A DNA stretch of 63,627 bases, filler included, from Planctomycetota bacterium (GTDB lineage Bacteria; Planctomycetota; Planctomycetia; JALXBF01): assembly GCA_026991575.1 (NCBI GenBank). It is 5 parts of 4 records of this genome, joined end to end, with 100 filler letters (N's around TTAATTAATTAA, not from the genome) between each part and the next. Parts side by side here need not be neighbours in the genome. Positions count along the whole stretch, not along the records: positions 36,982 to 43,382 come from JALXBF010000006.1; positions 43,483 to 63,627 come from JALXBF010000006.1; 3 more parts are not named here. One strand, given 5' to 3'. Within the stretch, counting starts at the first letter, position 1. Each line of letters opens with the position of its first letter. Shown here piece after piece: positions 38,379 through 49,633 of this stretch. A program made the translations under genes and the position numbers. The notes under the pieces are model-generated. The model was not told where the DNA came from, searched no databases, and worked only from the letters and a program-made list of their open reading frames with translations.

Positions 38379-41147
38379 ATGGCTACACGGACCAAGACCA
38401 GAGCGGCAAGAGCCAGGAGCAAGACCACCGGTCGGAAGGTGAAGTACGTCTACTTCTTCGGTGGTGGCAAGGCGGAAGGGCGCGGCGATATGAAGGAGCT
38501 GTTGGGTGGCAAGGGGGCCGGTCTGGCCGAGATGACGCGGCTGGGCCTACCGGTTCCGGCCGGCTTCACGATCACCACCGAAGCCTGTGCCGCGTACTAC
38601 GAACTGGGACGCCGGTTTCCACCGGGACTGGAGGAAGAGGTTACCAAGAACGTCCGCAAGCTCGAGCGGGTCACGGGCAAGAAGTTTGGCGATCCGGACG
38701 ACCCGCTGCTCGTCTCGGTCCGCTCCGGTGCTGCCGTCTCCATGCCGGGCATGATGGAGACGATCCTCAACCTCGGCCTGAACGACATCTCGGTCGAAGG
38801 TCTGGCGCGGCGTACAAACAACCCACGGTTCGCCTACGACGCCTACCGTCGCTTCATCCAGATGTACGCCACGGTGGTCATTGGTCTGCCCAAAGAGGAA
38901 ATGGAAGAGATGCTCACGGAGCTGAAGCGTGAGCTTGGCGTGGCCAACGATGTGGATGTACCCGCCGATGGCTGGCAGCGCCTTTGCGAGCGGTTCAAGC
39001 AGTTCTATCGGGAAAAGACCGGCAAGCCGTTCCCCCAGGACCCACAGCAGCAGCTGTGGGGTGCGATTGCAGCCGTGTTCAACTCCTGGATGGCCGAGAA
39101 GGCGGTCAAGTACCGCGAAGTCGAGAAGATCACGGGTCTGAAGGGTACGGCGGTCAACGTGGTTCAGATGGTATTTGGAAACAAGGGGGAGGACTCAGGC
39201 ACCGGGGTTTGCTTCACGCGCGATCCGAACACGGGGGAGAAACGGCTCTACGGCGACTTCCTGCCGAACGCGCAGGGCGAGGACGTTGTGGCCGGTATTC
39301 GAACGCCCATGAAGCTGGAGGAGATGAAGAACCGGATGCCGCGGCAGTACCGTGAGCTGGAGCGGTGCGCGCGGATCCTGGAGCGACACTATCGGGACAT
39401 GCAGGATATTGAGTTCACCATCGAAGAGGGCAAGCTGTACATCCTGCAGACCCGAGCGGGCAAGCGGCTGCCGCAGGCGGCGTTTCGCATTGCCGTCGAC
39501 ATGGTCAAGGAGCGACTGATCAGTCGCGAAGAAGCGGTCATGCGTGTCAAGCCGGCCGACGTCGAGCGGTTGTTCTATCCGGTCATCGATCCGTCGATTC
39601 CCAGCGACGTGCGGTCCCAACGCCGCTTGACTCGCGGCATCAACGCGGTGCCGGGCGCAGCGGTCGGCGAAGTGGTATTTACGGCGGAGGAGGCCGAAGA
39701 GCTGGCCGCTCAGGGTCACAAGGTCATCCTGGTACGAAAAGAGACCAGTCCCGAGGACGTCGGCGGCATGCACGCTGCTCAGGGCATCCTCACCGCCACC
39801 GGAGGTCCAACAAGCCACGCAGCGGTCGTGGCACGGGCATGGGGCAAGTGCTGCATCGTCGGCGCCGGGGAACTGGAGATCGACTACGAAGCGAAGCATT
39901 TCCGCGTCAACGGCAAGCTCATCAAACAGGGCCAGTTCATCACGCTGGACGGTTCAGACGGCTCGGTCTACGAGGGTGAGCTTCCGCTGGTCATGCCGGA
40001 GCTGCCGGATGCGTACTACACGTTCATGAAATACGTGGATGCGATCCGCACCATCAAAGTGCGCACCAACGCCGACACGCCGTACGACGCCGAGCGGGCC
40101 CGGCAGCACGGCGCCGAAGGCATCGGCCTAACCCGCACGGAGCACATGTTCTTCGACACCGAGGAGCGTCGCCTGGCGATGCAGGAGATGATCCTGGCGG
40201 AGACCACCGAGGACCGCGTCCGTGCCCTGGACCGGCTCCGCACGTTCCAGCGGAGCGACTTCGAAGGCATCTTCCGCGCCATGGATGGTCTGCCGGTGAC
40301 AATCCGGCTGTTGGATCCGCCGCTGCATGAGTTCCTGCCACATGATGAGGAGCGCCAGCGCGAGCTGGCCGAGCGACTCGGCGTGCCACTGGAAAAGGTT
40401 CAGCATCGCGTGCACCAACTCAAGGAAGCCAACCCGATGCTCGGTCACCGTGGCTGCCGCCTCTGCATTACCTATCCGGAAATCCTTGACATGCAGGTGC
40501 GGGCAATCATGGAAGCAGCCGTGGCCGTCCGGAAGGAGGGGGTGAAGGTACTGCCCGAGATCATGCATCCGCTCATCATGGATCGCCGCGAACTGGAGAT
40601 CCTTGCCGAACGGACCCGGACGGTCGCGGATCAGGTGCTGAAGGAAGCTGGCGTGAAGATCCGGTACCTGGTCGGGACAATGATCGAAGTGCCCCGGGCT
40701 GCGCTTCTGGCCGGCGAGATTGCCGAGGTAGCCGAGTTCTTCAGTTTCGGTACAAACGATTTGACGCAGATGACCATGGGGCTATCGCGCGATGACGCCG
40801 GCCGCTTCCTGCCCGACTACGTCAACCCGGAAGGTGCAGCGGTCTTCAAGGCCGATCCATTCCAATCGCTGGATGTCCGCGGAGTGGGCAAGCTGATCCG
40901 TATGGCCATCCAGGACGGACGTGCTACTCGGCCGGATCTGAAGGTCGGCATCTGCGGAGAGCACGGCGGCGATCCGGCCAGCGTCCGGTTCTGTGTTGAG
41001 GTCGGCATGGACTACGTCAGCTGCTCGCCACTGCGCGTGCCGATCGCTCGGCTGGCTGCCGCCCAAGCGGCCGTCGAACTAGGGCTGACCTCTACCGGGA
41101 ACAATCGCAAACCCGCTGCGCGCAGCCGCAGCAGGCGCCGTCGCTGA
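38379..41147 (+). CDS. ppdK: Pyruvate, phosphate dikinase
   Basis: LLGGKGAGLAEM, LLVSVRSGA, phospho-His motif GGPTSHAAVVAR, EANPMLGHRGCR, FSFGTNDLTQ, GICGEHGG. Confidence 0.97.
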   Translation: MATRTKTRAARARSKTTGRKVKYVYFFGGGKAEGRGDMKELLGGKGAGLAEMTRLGLPVPAGFTITTEACAAYYELGRRFPPGLEEEVTKNVRKLERVTGKKFGDPDDPLLVSVRSGAAVSMPGMMETILNLGLNDISVEGLARRTNNPRFAYDAYRRFIQMYATVVIGLPKEEMEEMLTELKRELGVANDVDVPADGWQRLCERFKQFYREKTGKPFPQDPQQQLWGAIAAVFNSWMAEKAVKYREVEKITGLKGTAVNVVQMVFGNKGEDSGTGVCFTRDPNTGEKRLYGDFLPNAQGEDVVAGIRTPMKLEEMKNRMPRQYRELERCARILERHYRDMQDIEFTIEEGKLYILQTRAGKRLPQAAFRIAVDMVKERLISREEAVMRVKPADVERLFYPVIDPSIPSDVRSQRRLTRGINAVPGAAVGEVVFTAEEAEELAAQGHKVILVRKETSPEDVGGMHAAQGILTATGGPTSHAAVVARAWGKCCIVGAGELEIDYEAKHFRVNGKLIKQGQFITLDGSDGSVYEGELPLVMPELPDAYYTFMKYVDAIRTIKVRTNADTPYDAERARQHGAEGIGLTRTEHMFFDTEERRLAMQEMILAETTEDRVRALDRLRTFQRSDFEGIFRAMDGLPVTIRLLDPPLHEFLPHDEERQRELAERLGVPLEKVQHRVHQLKEANPMLGHRGCRLCITYPEILDMQVRAIMEAAVAVRKEGVKVLPEIMHPLIMDRRELEILAERTRTVADQVLKEAGVKIRYLVGTMIEVPRAALLAGEIAEVAEFFSFGTNDLTQMTMGLSRDDAGRFLPDYVNPEGAAVFKADPFQSLDVRGVGKLIRMAIQDGRATRPDLKVGICGEHGGDPASVRFCVEVGMDYVSCSPLRVPIARLAAAQAAVELGLTSTGNNRKPAARSRSRRRR

Positions 41148-41167
41148 CGGCTAACACCGCAGCATGG

Positions 41168-41198
41168 AGGCCCGGGCCGAGAACAGCCCGGGCTTTCT
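41168..41198 (+). terminator. Hairpin between convergent genes
   Basis: GCCCGGGC-N8-GCCCGGGC self-complementary stem followed by TTTCT. Confidence 0.6.
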
Positions 41199-41279
41199 CA
41201 TGCGCTGCCGCTACCACCGAGCAACCGCGGCGCCCGGCTACGGCGCCGGGACCGACGCACCGGAGCCGCCCACAGTAGC

Positions 41280-42626
41280 TCAATAGTCGATGTAGCCGTA
41301 GCGGTACAGCAGCTCCTGCAGCCACGGGCGCGTCCACGGATTGCGCACGGCGTAGAACACCGAGCCGGCCGAGATGGCAAGTAACAGAAACGCCAGCCAG
41401 TAGGCCGCTGCAGTCCGACCGGTGGCAGCAACGCCTTTCGGCAAGAACGCCAACCAGAGTGGGATCAACCAGAAGGACCAGCGGAACCCCTGGGTCATCC
41501 CGCCGTAATTGCGCCGAATCGGTGCCAACTTTTCCAGCGGTGGCGGTCCAACGTAGAACGCAAACACGGCAACGGTCAATACCACGGTCACAAGCGCAAG
41601 CCACCGCCACGCCCCGCCCTGGCGGACCGCCACCATCAGCCCCAGCAGGGTGTAAACGAACACAGGCGTCAGGCTGAGCACACCGTGATGACCGAGCGTC
41701 AGGTGGAACAGGTACGTGGTGGCCGGCTCCCGAATCGCGTCGATCCCTTTCGGCTCGTTCCAGTAGCTGTCCTCGTAGTCGTACCACTCCTTGTGCATGT
41801 AAGCCGGCTTGAAGTCACCGGTCACCTGGTAATTGGTGTAGAAGAACGCGGCCGCGACGATGGCCACCGCCGGGAGCACGGCGAACAGCGCCAGCTGCCA
41901 GCGACGTACCAGGACCCACAGCAGCACCAGGACGACGAACCCCACGGCTGGCAGCTCACAAGCAGCAGCAAACGCCAAGCACAGGCCGCTGACAAAGGCG
42001 CGCAGCCAGCCAACGGCACCGCCCGCTAGCAACGGCCAGAAACCGTACAGAGCGAAGAAGCCAAAGTATGCGGCTACCGTATGGTTGTTCAGCGTCACGT
42101 TGAAGGCCGTCAGATACGTGCCGGCACCGGCAACCAGCAGCGCGTAAAACGTCACCCAGCCGTCACCGTGCTCACGTCGCATCCAGCGAACGAAAAGCAC
42201 CAGGAACAGCAGGAAGGGCAGCACGTTCGTGGTGATCACGATCGTGCGCACAACAGCAGCCGGCTGGCGTTCGAATGTCCACGCACCGCCCGTCAACCAC
42301 TTGATCAGGCGATACTCATAGGCAAGCAACGTCGGGAGTAGGGGGGGCTTGGACGAGTAGAAGTGCTTGACATCGGGCCGGTAGATCTTGTCGATGGTGT
42401 TCCAGCCAGGCCGCTCCGTCAGATCGTCGATCCAGTACCGTCCGTAGTCGCCCAGTGCCCAGATGGTCAGGAAACGCGAACGATCGTTTGGGCTCAACGT
42501 TGGCCGAGGCTGGTCTTTGGCGTAGCGAGCGGCTGCTTGGCAGAGCAGCCCAACGGTCAGGCCGATGACCAGAGCAACTACCGCGCGGTACAGCGTGGCC
42601 CAGTCAGTGCTGCTGTGCTGGTTCAT
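41280..42626 (-). CDS. Polytopic membrane protein, probable GT-C fold glycosyltransferase
   Basis: NDRSR, FYSSKPPL, about 10 TM segments. Overlaps the upstream GT2 gene. Confidence 0.7.
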   Translation of the reverse strand: MNQHSSTDWATLYRAVVALVIGLTVGLLCQAAARYAKDQPRPTLSPNDRSRFLTIWALGDYGRYWIDDLTERPGWNTIDKIYRPDVKHFYSSKPPLLPTLLAYEYRLIKWLTGGAWTFERQPAAVVRTIVITTNVLPFLLFLVLFVRWMRREHGDGWVTFYALLVAGAGTYLTAFNVTLNNHTVAAYFGFFALYGFWPLLAGGAVGWLRAFVSGLCLAFAAACELPAVGFVVLVLLWVLVRRWQLALFAVLPAVAIVAAAFFYTNYQVTGDFKPAYMHKEWYDYEDSYWNEPKGIDAIREPATTYLFHLTLGHHGVLSLTPVFVYTLLGLMVAVRQGGAWRWLALVTVVLTVAVFAFYVGPPPLEKLAPIRRNYGGMTQGFRWSFWLIPLWLAFLPKGVAATGRTAAAYWLAFLLLAISAGSVFYAVRNPWTRPWLQELLYRYGYIDY

Positions 42627-43382
42627 CGCGGATTGCTTCCAGCTGGTCGGTAACCTGTCTGCTCGTCTTGGTGCGTTCCAGGATGCTGTAGGTGTTGGCT
42701 GGCGACAGGTCAAGGGCAATCATGAGCTCAGCCAGGAACCCGATCGCCAACAGCTGCAGGCCGAAGAGAAAAGCGGTGTTGGAGTAGATGAGCAGTGGCC
42801 GGCCACCGATCGGTTCGAAACCGGGGACACCAGCCTGATGCAGAACCCAGACGATGGCCAGATAGGTCAGCCCGGCCAACCCGGTGAGTGTCGCAAGCAG
42901 GCCAACTGAGCCGAGAAAATGCAACGGGCGCGATGCGAAGCCGGTCAAGAAACAGACGGTCATCAGATCGAGCACACCTTTCAGGAAGCGGGCCGCGCCG
43001 TACTTGGAGCGACCGTAGCGCCTGGGCCGGTGGTGCACCTGAAGCTCAGCAATCCGGTAGCCCTTCGCGTGTGCAAGCACAGGGATGAACCGGTGCAGGT
43101 CGCCGTAGAGCCGAAGTGATCGGGCCACTTCTGCCCGCATGCACTTGTAGCCGCAGTTGTGATCATGCAGCTTCAGTCCCGTCAACGTGCTCACCATAAA
43201 GTTGAACACGCGACTGGGCAGCGTCTTTGTCCAGGGGTCCTGTCGCGGTCGCTTCCAGCCGTTCACCAGGTCGTAGCCTTGCTGCAGCAACTCCAGAAAA
43301 CGGGGGATCTCGCGTGGATCATCCTGCAGGTCTGCATCCAGCTGGAAGACGATGCTGCCGCGTGCCTCGTGGAAGCCGGCGT
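42604..43382 (-). CDS. GT2 polyprenyl-phosphate glycosyltransferase (ArnC/DPM-like), 5' truncated
   Basis: LDADLQDDP upstream of the listed ORF start, DHNCGYK, LHRFIP, HRPRRYGRSKY, two C-terminal TMs. Confidence 0.92.
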
Positions 43383-43482
43383 NNNNNNNNNNNNNNNNNN
43401 NNNNNNNNNNNNNNNNNNNNNNNNNNTTAATTAATTAANNNNNNNNNNNNNNNNNNNNNNNNNNNNNNNNNNNNNNNNNNNN
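43383..43482. other. Artificial contig spacer
   Basis: N44-TTAATTAATTAA-N44. Confidence 0.98.
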
Positions 43483-45862
43483 AACCTTGCGTTCTCAACC
43501 GAGAACTGAACGCAAACTGAAACCCGCCATTCTCGTCCCGTAGCGGTGGATCGACCTTCAGCGCGTACCTGCTGCAGAAACCGGCCAGGACCACCATGGG
43601 GAACTCTAAGCCCTTGGCCGAGTGGATCGTCAGCACCTGAACGGCACCCTCGTCAGACTCAGGTTCGGGAAGTTCCGTTTCCTCTTCGGTGGCGACTACC
43701 CGCTGCTCGAGCCAGCCCACGAATCGCTTGAACGTAATGCCCGCGTTCGCCAGTCGCTCCGCTTCCTCGCACAGATGCAGCAGAGCCGCGACCCGATCGG
43801 CACCGCGCGGTAATGCCGCGAAAAACTCGATAGCCGCACTCTCTGTCAGGAACCGCTCCAGGAACCGGTGCACTGGTAGCCTGTTCCGCAGGCTGTACCA
43901 ATCTCGCAGCAACCGAAATACACCGCTCAGCGGCGTGTCCTCCTGGCAGCAGCGTAGGAAATCGAACGGGTACCCCTTCAAGCGATGCCGCACCAAGTCG
44001 TCATCGCTGATACCGAACAGCGGGCTGCGGACCGCTGCCACGACGCGCAATGGGCTGGTCGGGCGGTCCAGGGCACGAAGCACATTCAGCACGGTCTTCA
44101 GCTCGATCCGCCGATAGAACTGCTTTGCGCCCAGAATGCGGTACGGCAGCCCGGCCGCCATGAAGCCCTCCTCGAACTTGTCAAGGTCCGTCATGCGCTC
44201 TAGAAGAATAGCCACGTCTCCGTACGAAATCTTCCTGCCCTCAGTGCCATGCAGCTCCCAGCCTTCTGCTACTGCCTGGCAGATGAATCGCCCGATCACG
44301 TAGCCTTCGATCTGTCGAAGTTCCGAGATGCGCCAGTCACCAGCAAGCACTTCCTTCGGTGGCGGCAGCAAGTAGACGCCACTGTGTTTCGTTCCTCGTT
44401 TTCCAGGTGCCGGATCGAGCCGGACGTAGTCGGGCTGGTACTTGCCGTCGCCGGGCCTCTTGATAAGCGGCTCAAAAACCCTATTAACGAACTCCAGGAT
44501 TCTTGGTACGGACCGGAAGTTGCATGTCAACAGAAGCTTCTCGCCCCCTCTCTTCTGAAACTTCTCCAGCGCCGTCTCGTAGGTCTCGATGTCGGCACGG
44601 CGGAACCGGTAAATCGATTGCTTCGGGTCACCGACCACGAAGAGCGAAGGGCCGCGATCCTGGACTCCTTCCACCAGAGCCCGTGCAATCGCCACCTGAA
44701 TTGGGTCCGTGTCCTGGAACTCATCGATCAGCAGATGCTTGTACTGGCGGGCAAAGTAGCGACAGACGTGCGGGTGGTCTGTAAAAAGGCGGTGCACCTT
44801 GAGGAGCAGGTCGAGGAAGTCGAGCAGTTTGCGTTGTTGCTTGAGGTGTTCGTAGAGGTCAATGAACTTCACGAACTCCTTCAACAACTCACCAACCGTT
44901 TTCGCGCAGGCCAGCTCGGTCAAGTCAGCGAGCACCTGGTTTGCCCGTTCATAGTGTTTCCTGGTCTCAGCCCGGGTACTGTTACCGCCATCGAACTTCT
45001 TCCAGCTACTGAGCTGCTCTATACGCTTTTGGAGCTCTGCTTCCGATAGCTCGCCTGCTAGTGTTTCCAAGTGCAGCACCTCCTGCGCAAAGGTCGCCAC
45101 CTTCAGCTGTTTACCACGCGACGTCGCACGGGCCATTTCCTGCAGGGCCGTGCGGTGTTCGCTAAGCAGCGTGGCAAGGCGCTCGGTTAAAGGGGCAACC
45201 GAACCAACCGCTCTGTCGGGTGACATGTCACGGTTCTCGACCAACCGACGTGCAGCACGGCGAAGTCGCGTCGCGATCGAACCGGGATTGGTTGCCGCTT
45301 GTGCATCGACCAGGAAAGCCTTGCCAATCGGGTGCTCCGTTGGTGGCCCTTCATGCGCCAGTGCACGTTCGAACCACTTCTGCCAAGCTTCCTCGAATAG
45401 CAGTTCCTGTTCGACCGGGTCCGCTACCCGGGCGTCTGGGTCCAGACCCGCTTCGACCGGACGTTCCCGAAGCAAGTTCATGCAGAAAGCGTGTATGGTA
45501 CTGATTGGTGCGGTGTCCAGTTCGCGAAGCGCCTGCTGGAGCGTTGTCCTCTGCGCGTCGGTCAGCGGTTGGCTTCGTCGCGCCGGGACGCCGTCCGTGG
45601 GCGTCCCCAGCAGCTCGTGCAGCCGCTCACGGAGCCGTTCCTTCATCTCGGCTGCAGCTTTTTCGGTAAACGTGATCGCCGCAATCTCGCGGATAGACGG
45701 CTTTCTCGGGTCGTCCAGGAGAGCGGCAATGATGCGGTCGACCAGAAGGGTTGTCTTTCCAGTGCCAGCAGCCGCTTCGACCATGACCGGCCGGTCAAAG
45801 CAGCTCACTGCTCTGTCTCTGGCCTGCTGATCGGGCAGTTGTTCCGTTTGAGTCAACGGCAT
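43483..45862 (-). CDS. addA: AddA-like UvrD helicase/nuclease subunit, 3' truncated
   Basis: EAAAGTGKTT, ITFTEKAAAEM, STIHAFC, DEFQDT, VGDPKQSIYRFR, TIHSAKGLEF. Directly downstream of the AddB-like gene. Confidence 0.85.
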
Positions 45863-45874
45863 CAATTCCCCCCA

Positions 45875-48800
45875 CTAACTGCTGTTGCCCGCGGAATCCG
45901 CGTCCGTCTGGCCTTGCTTGTACTCGGGCAGGTACTGCTGCAAGCCAAGGCAGACGTCGGCGAAGTGGCAGCCCTTGCAGACATCGCCATGCTGCTGGAA
46001 GAAGCATCCGGCTTCCAATCCGCTGACGGCCCTGGCCGCAGTCTCGTACACATACTGCCGGACCGACTCGAAATCGGAGAAGTCCGGAAGCTGAACCACG
46101 TGACGCCGCTGGGATTGGTAGTAGACGTACTCGAGTCCGGCAAATGTATGTTCGTCGAGCTTGGCGTGCTTAGCCGCGGCCATGGCGTAGGCCGGTAGTT
46201 GGATACCAGGAGCGTCCTTGCTTGCTCCCTTCGCCTCGCGTCGCTTGTAGTCGATGACGTACCACTGGTCTTCCGTGTCTCGGTCGATCCGGTCGATTCG
46301 TCCGCGGATCGTGAGCCGCACCTGGCCGGCGATCTCCAGGTCGACTCCCGGTTCGTCGTGCTGGCCGAACGAGTGTTCGACGCAGTGCGGCCATCGGCCC
46401 TGCTTGCGGAGCCGTTTGCATTCCTCCAGGATCACCGTTTCGAGCTGGTGCGCCAGTAGCTCCCGTTCCAGTTGCCAGATCAGCGGGAACCCCACGGCCC
46501 GGTCAGAGACCGCGTCGAATACCTCCTGCAGCATCCTGGCCGCAATGTTGCGCACGAGCTGTTCAGAGGGGGCATTGGCCCCGTGCCAGTGTCGGCTCAG
46601 CTCCGCGAACACCCGCTCCAACACCTTATGTGCCAGTTTCCCGATGAGCAACGGGTCTGCCCGATAACTTCTCGTCGGATCTTCGTCCGGTTCCAGCTGA
46701 AGGCCGTGCGCCAGCAGGAAGTAGTAGCCGCACTGGGTAAAGTCATCGATATGCGAAACGGTGAAGTGCCCGCCCGGAGCGACCAGTCTCAGAAGTTCTC
46801 GGGCCCGGCCGCCGTCCAGCTTACCGTCGAATTCCGTCCACTCTGGCCGCGCCCATCGGCAGTGCTCGCCGCGCAGCGCTGCTACCAGCTGCTTCGTTAC
46901 CGCGCTCACCGCTGCCCAGGGAGCAGGGTCAACCCTGGAGCTTCCAGCCGCTCTGAGCACCTCGCGCCGGAGATAGTCCCTGCCGCGGAAACACCAGCGC
47001 TCCTCCCGTTGGGCCGGATTGACGGAGAGCCATTCGAACTCCGAGCTCCGCTGCCCAGACGCCGTAGACAGTTCCCGGAACGACTTTGGACGGCCCAGAG
47101 CACGGAACACATCCAGCAGATATGCCGAAGGCAGCACCAGCCGGCTACGCCCGGACTCATGCCGGGCATAGCACAGCACCAGGCGCCGTGTCGCCAGGCC
47201 CACGGCGAGCCGGAACAGCATCCGCTCTTCATCGGCCCGGAACTGCCGCAGCGGCAACTCGTACAGTGGGCAGTCGCGGTTCAACTGGCGGTTCAGCCAG
47301 CGCCGCTCGGGGTCCAGTAGAATCGGGTCCTGCCGTACCGGGGGCGGATACGTCCGGCTGGCCATGCCAGGTACGATCACCACATCGAACTGCGTAGCGC
47401 GCGCCCGCATGAGATCGCCGATCACGACGCCGCCTTCCATGTACCGGCCCTCGTGGTCGCGGCGCACCGGGATGGCAGCCAACAGGGACCGCACGACGTC
47501 GGCAAACAGCTCGTAGCTGACCACTTCGGTTGCAAGTGGGGTGAGCTGCTCGAGAACGGCAAAGAATTCCTTGCGCTGTTCGGCAACCGGTGTGGGCACC
47601 TCGCCCGGCAGGAAGTCGCTGCCCAACAGAAGCTCGCACAGGTCGCGAATTGCACCTACCCGATCCGACCAGCTCGTTGCCCCGCGCAGCCGCTCGCAGC
47701 CGTCGAAGAGCCGGACGGTCAGCCGCCGTAGCGTCCGGGCCGCTTTCATCCGGTCCTCCTCTGCCGTTTCCGTTGCCTCGGCCCCGTGCGTTTGCTGCGC
47801 CGGGGGAGCAGCCAGTCTGTTGAGCCGCTGCTCCCACTCACCGCGGCCGCTGACGATACCTGCCTGGCGTGTGAGCGAGTCCCAAAGGCTAGCCAGATCG
47901 CAGCCGAACGGGGACTGGTCGCGGCGTGTATCCTTGAGTGTTTCGGCCAGTTCGAGCACATGCAGGACATCCTCGCGGTTAAACTGTTGCAACTCGTCCT
48001 GCTCCGCAGCCAGCTCCAATAGCCCCGAAACCAGTTGGCCGAACGGCGTGGTCTGAAGCCCGTCGTGGTCCAGGTCGACGTAAGTGATGTGGTGATCAGC
48101 ACAAGCACGTCGCAGCCGCGTGGCCAGCTCAGGGTCGCGCGTGAGCACGGCGATCCTGTCGGAACAGACCCCGTTGGCCAACTCCTCTGCAACCACGCGG
48201 ACCACAAAGTCGGGTTCCGAACCGCTAGTCGGCAAGCAGAGAATCCGGACCGAGCCGTCATTCGGAACAGCCTCGGGCGTGTTATCGGTAAACAGATGCC
48301 GCTGGACCTGATGCAGAGCAGCTTTGCCCGGGCGAACAGTCAAGGAGCACCAGCTGGTGCTCAGCTCCTGAGCCAGCGCATCGTGCGTCCTTCTGGCATA
48401 GTGATAGGCTTCCGACTCTTCGTACGGCATGAAGACGACAACGGGGCAACGCTCGGCTAAGCCACAAAGGAGGCGGAACTGGATGCCTTTGAAGTCGTAG
48501 AAGCCGTAGAAGACACACGTCGGCTTCTGCCTCAGCATTGGCCAGTGGTCCAGACGGGCAATGACCTCCTCGTACATGTCCAGCAGGTCCACGTAACCAA
48601 GCTGGCGACGTAGTTCGTCGTAACGGTCCCAGAGCGCCACCAGTGACGACAGCTTCTCGGGCAGCTCGCGCAGCTCTTCGGGGGGCTGCCCCCGGCCCAG
48701 AACGGTCGTCAGCTCCTCGCGCGTAAGGCACGCTTCGCGGAGGTCGTTGATCGTTGCCAGCAACGCAAGCTGGAAGCCGGACCGATCCCGCACCTGCGCG

Positions 48801-49168
48801 AAATAGCCTTGGCCGAGGGTCTCAGGCGCGATGGCGGCCAGCAGCAGCCGTTCGGCGCCTGGGGGTAAGGGCCGTAACGGCCGGCACGCCAGCTGCGGGT
48901 ACAGTCGTTCGACGAAGCCATCCAGCGTGGTGAAGTGAATGTTGACGGTGGCGATGCCGGCGAGCGCTAGCGTCCGTTGCAGGTAGTGACGCGCCAGCGA
49001 GGTTGGCGTGAATACAAGGACCGGTCGAAGCGGAGACTCTTGGGCCAGATCGGCTAAGAGCTTGCGAATCGGTCCGATAAGCGCCTCGGGGGGACCATCG
49101 TAGAGCCTCCTCAACGGCTCCTGCTCCGCCGCGTCGAACAGGCTTCGTTGCCGAGCCTTCTTTGCCAC
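45875..49168 (-). CDS. addB: AddB-like inactive-helicase/PD-(D/E)XK nuclease subunit with Fe-S cysteines
   Basis: QCGYYF, GKLAH, RGRIDRID, VIDYK, QLPAY, CKGCHFADVC. GTG 49168 with a GGAG SD preferred over 49441. Confidence 0.85.
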   Translation of the reverse strand: MAKKARQRSLFDAAEQEPLRRLYDGPPEALIGPIRKLLADLAQESPLRPVLVFTPTSLARHYLQRTLALAGIATVNIHFTTLDGFVERLYPQLACRPLRPLPPGAERLLLAAIAPETLGQGYFAQVRDRSGFQLALLATINDLREACLTREELTTVLGRGQPPEELRELPEKLSSLVALWDRYDELRRQLGYVDLLDMYEEVIARLDHWPMLRQKPTCVFYGFYDFKGIQFRLLCGLAERCPVVVFMPYEESEAYHYARRTHDALAQELSTSWCSLTVRPGKAALHQVQRHLFTDNTPEAVPNDGSVRILCLPTSGSEPDFVVRVVAEELANGVCSDRIAVLTRDPELATRLRRACADHHITYVDLDHDGLQTTPFGQLVSGLLELAAEQDELQQFNREDVLHVLELAETLKDTRRDQSPFGCDLASLWDSLTRQAGIVSGRGEWEQRLNRLAAPPAQQTHGAEATETAEEDRMKAARTLRRLTVRLFDGCERLRGATSWSDRVGAIRDLCELLLGSDFLPGEVPTPVAEQRKEFFAVLEQLTPLATEVVSYELFADVVRSLLAAIPVRRDHEGRYMEGGVVIGDLMRARATQFDVVIVPGMASRTYPPPVRQDPILLDPERRWLNRQLNRDCPLYELPLRQFRADEERMLFRLAVGLATRRLVLCYARHESGRSRLVLPSAYLLDVFRALGRPKSFRELSTASGQRSSEFEWLSVNPAQREERWCFRGRDYLRREVLRAAGSSRVDPAPWAAVSAVTKQLVAALRGEHCRWARPEWTEFDGKLDGGRARELLRLVAPGGHFTVSHIDDFTQCGYYFLLAHGLQLEPDEDPTRSYRADPLLIGKLAHKVLERVFAELSRHWHGANAPSEQLVRNIAARMLQEVFDAVSDRAVGFPLIWQLERELLAHQLETVILEECKRLRKQGRWPHCVEHSFGQHDEPGVDLEIAGQVRLTIRGRIDRIDRDTEDQWYVIDYKRREAKGASKDAPGIQLPAYAMAAAKHAKLDEHTFAGLEYVYYQSQRRHVVQLPDFSDFESVRQYVYETAARAVSGLEAGCFFQQHGDVCKGCHFADVCLGLQQYLPEYKQGQTDADSAGNSS

Positions 49169-49528
49169 AGCGATCGCTCCCGCCACCCAAGTTGTACAGA
49201 TGTTCACTGGGACGTATTCAGCATAGAGTCGGACCCCCTCGGCCGTCAACGGTCGCAGCCATGGTGGCGGTTGTTGCTGGGTGTTGAGGTGTAGTGCATC
49301 GAGTGCGCCACGATAGCGGCCAACGTGATGGTCAGTGCGGTTTGGGTGTCGCGGGGACTGGGCCGACGGCGCGGCGGGTTGTCGATCGACTCTGGAGAAG
49401 CCGGTGCACGTAGGTGTGAGGATTTCGGGTAAGAACTCCATAGCCGGGATCGTCGAGATCGGGCGGGTTCGTCGGATCGGAGCACATGGGCGTACGGGGG
49501 CCCAGGCGGAGACGGTTTTGGCCCGCCG

Positions 49529-49557
49529 TTGACCGGCTCGGAGCTTTGACCTATAAC
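49529..49557 (+). promoter_or_regulatory. Sigma70-type promoter
   Basis: TTGACC-N17-TATAAC. Confidence 0.6.
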
Positions 49558-49633
49558 GGCCTCGGCGACGGCGGGTGCCGTGGCTGGTGTGTACCGGTCG
49601 CGGCTGTTGAACGGGACATGGTTCGAGGAGACC

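Noticed and set aside
30447..41147. pyc and ppdK as a pyruvate-node gene cluster
   Set aside because: They lie on different contigs separated by artificial spacers.
49169..49441. 91-aa N-terminal extension of the AddB ORF
   Set aside because: Low-complexity sequence; GTG 49168 has a better SD.
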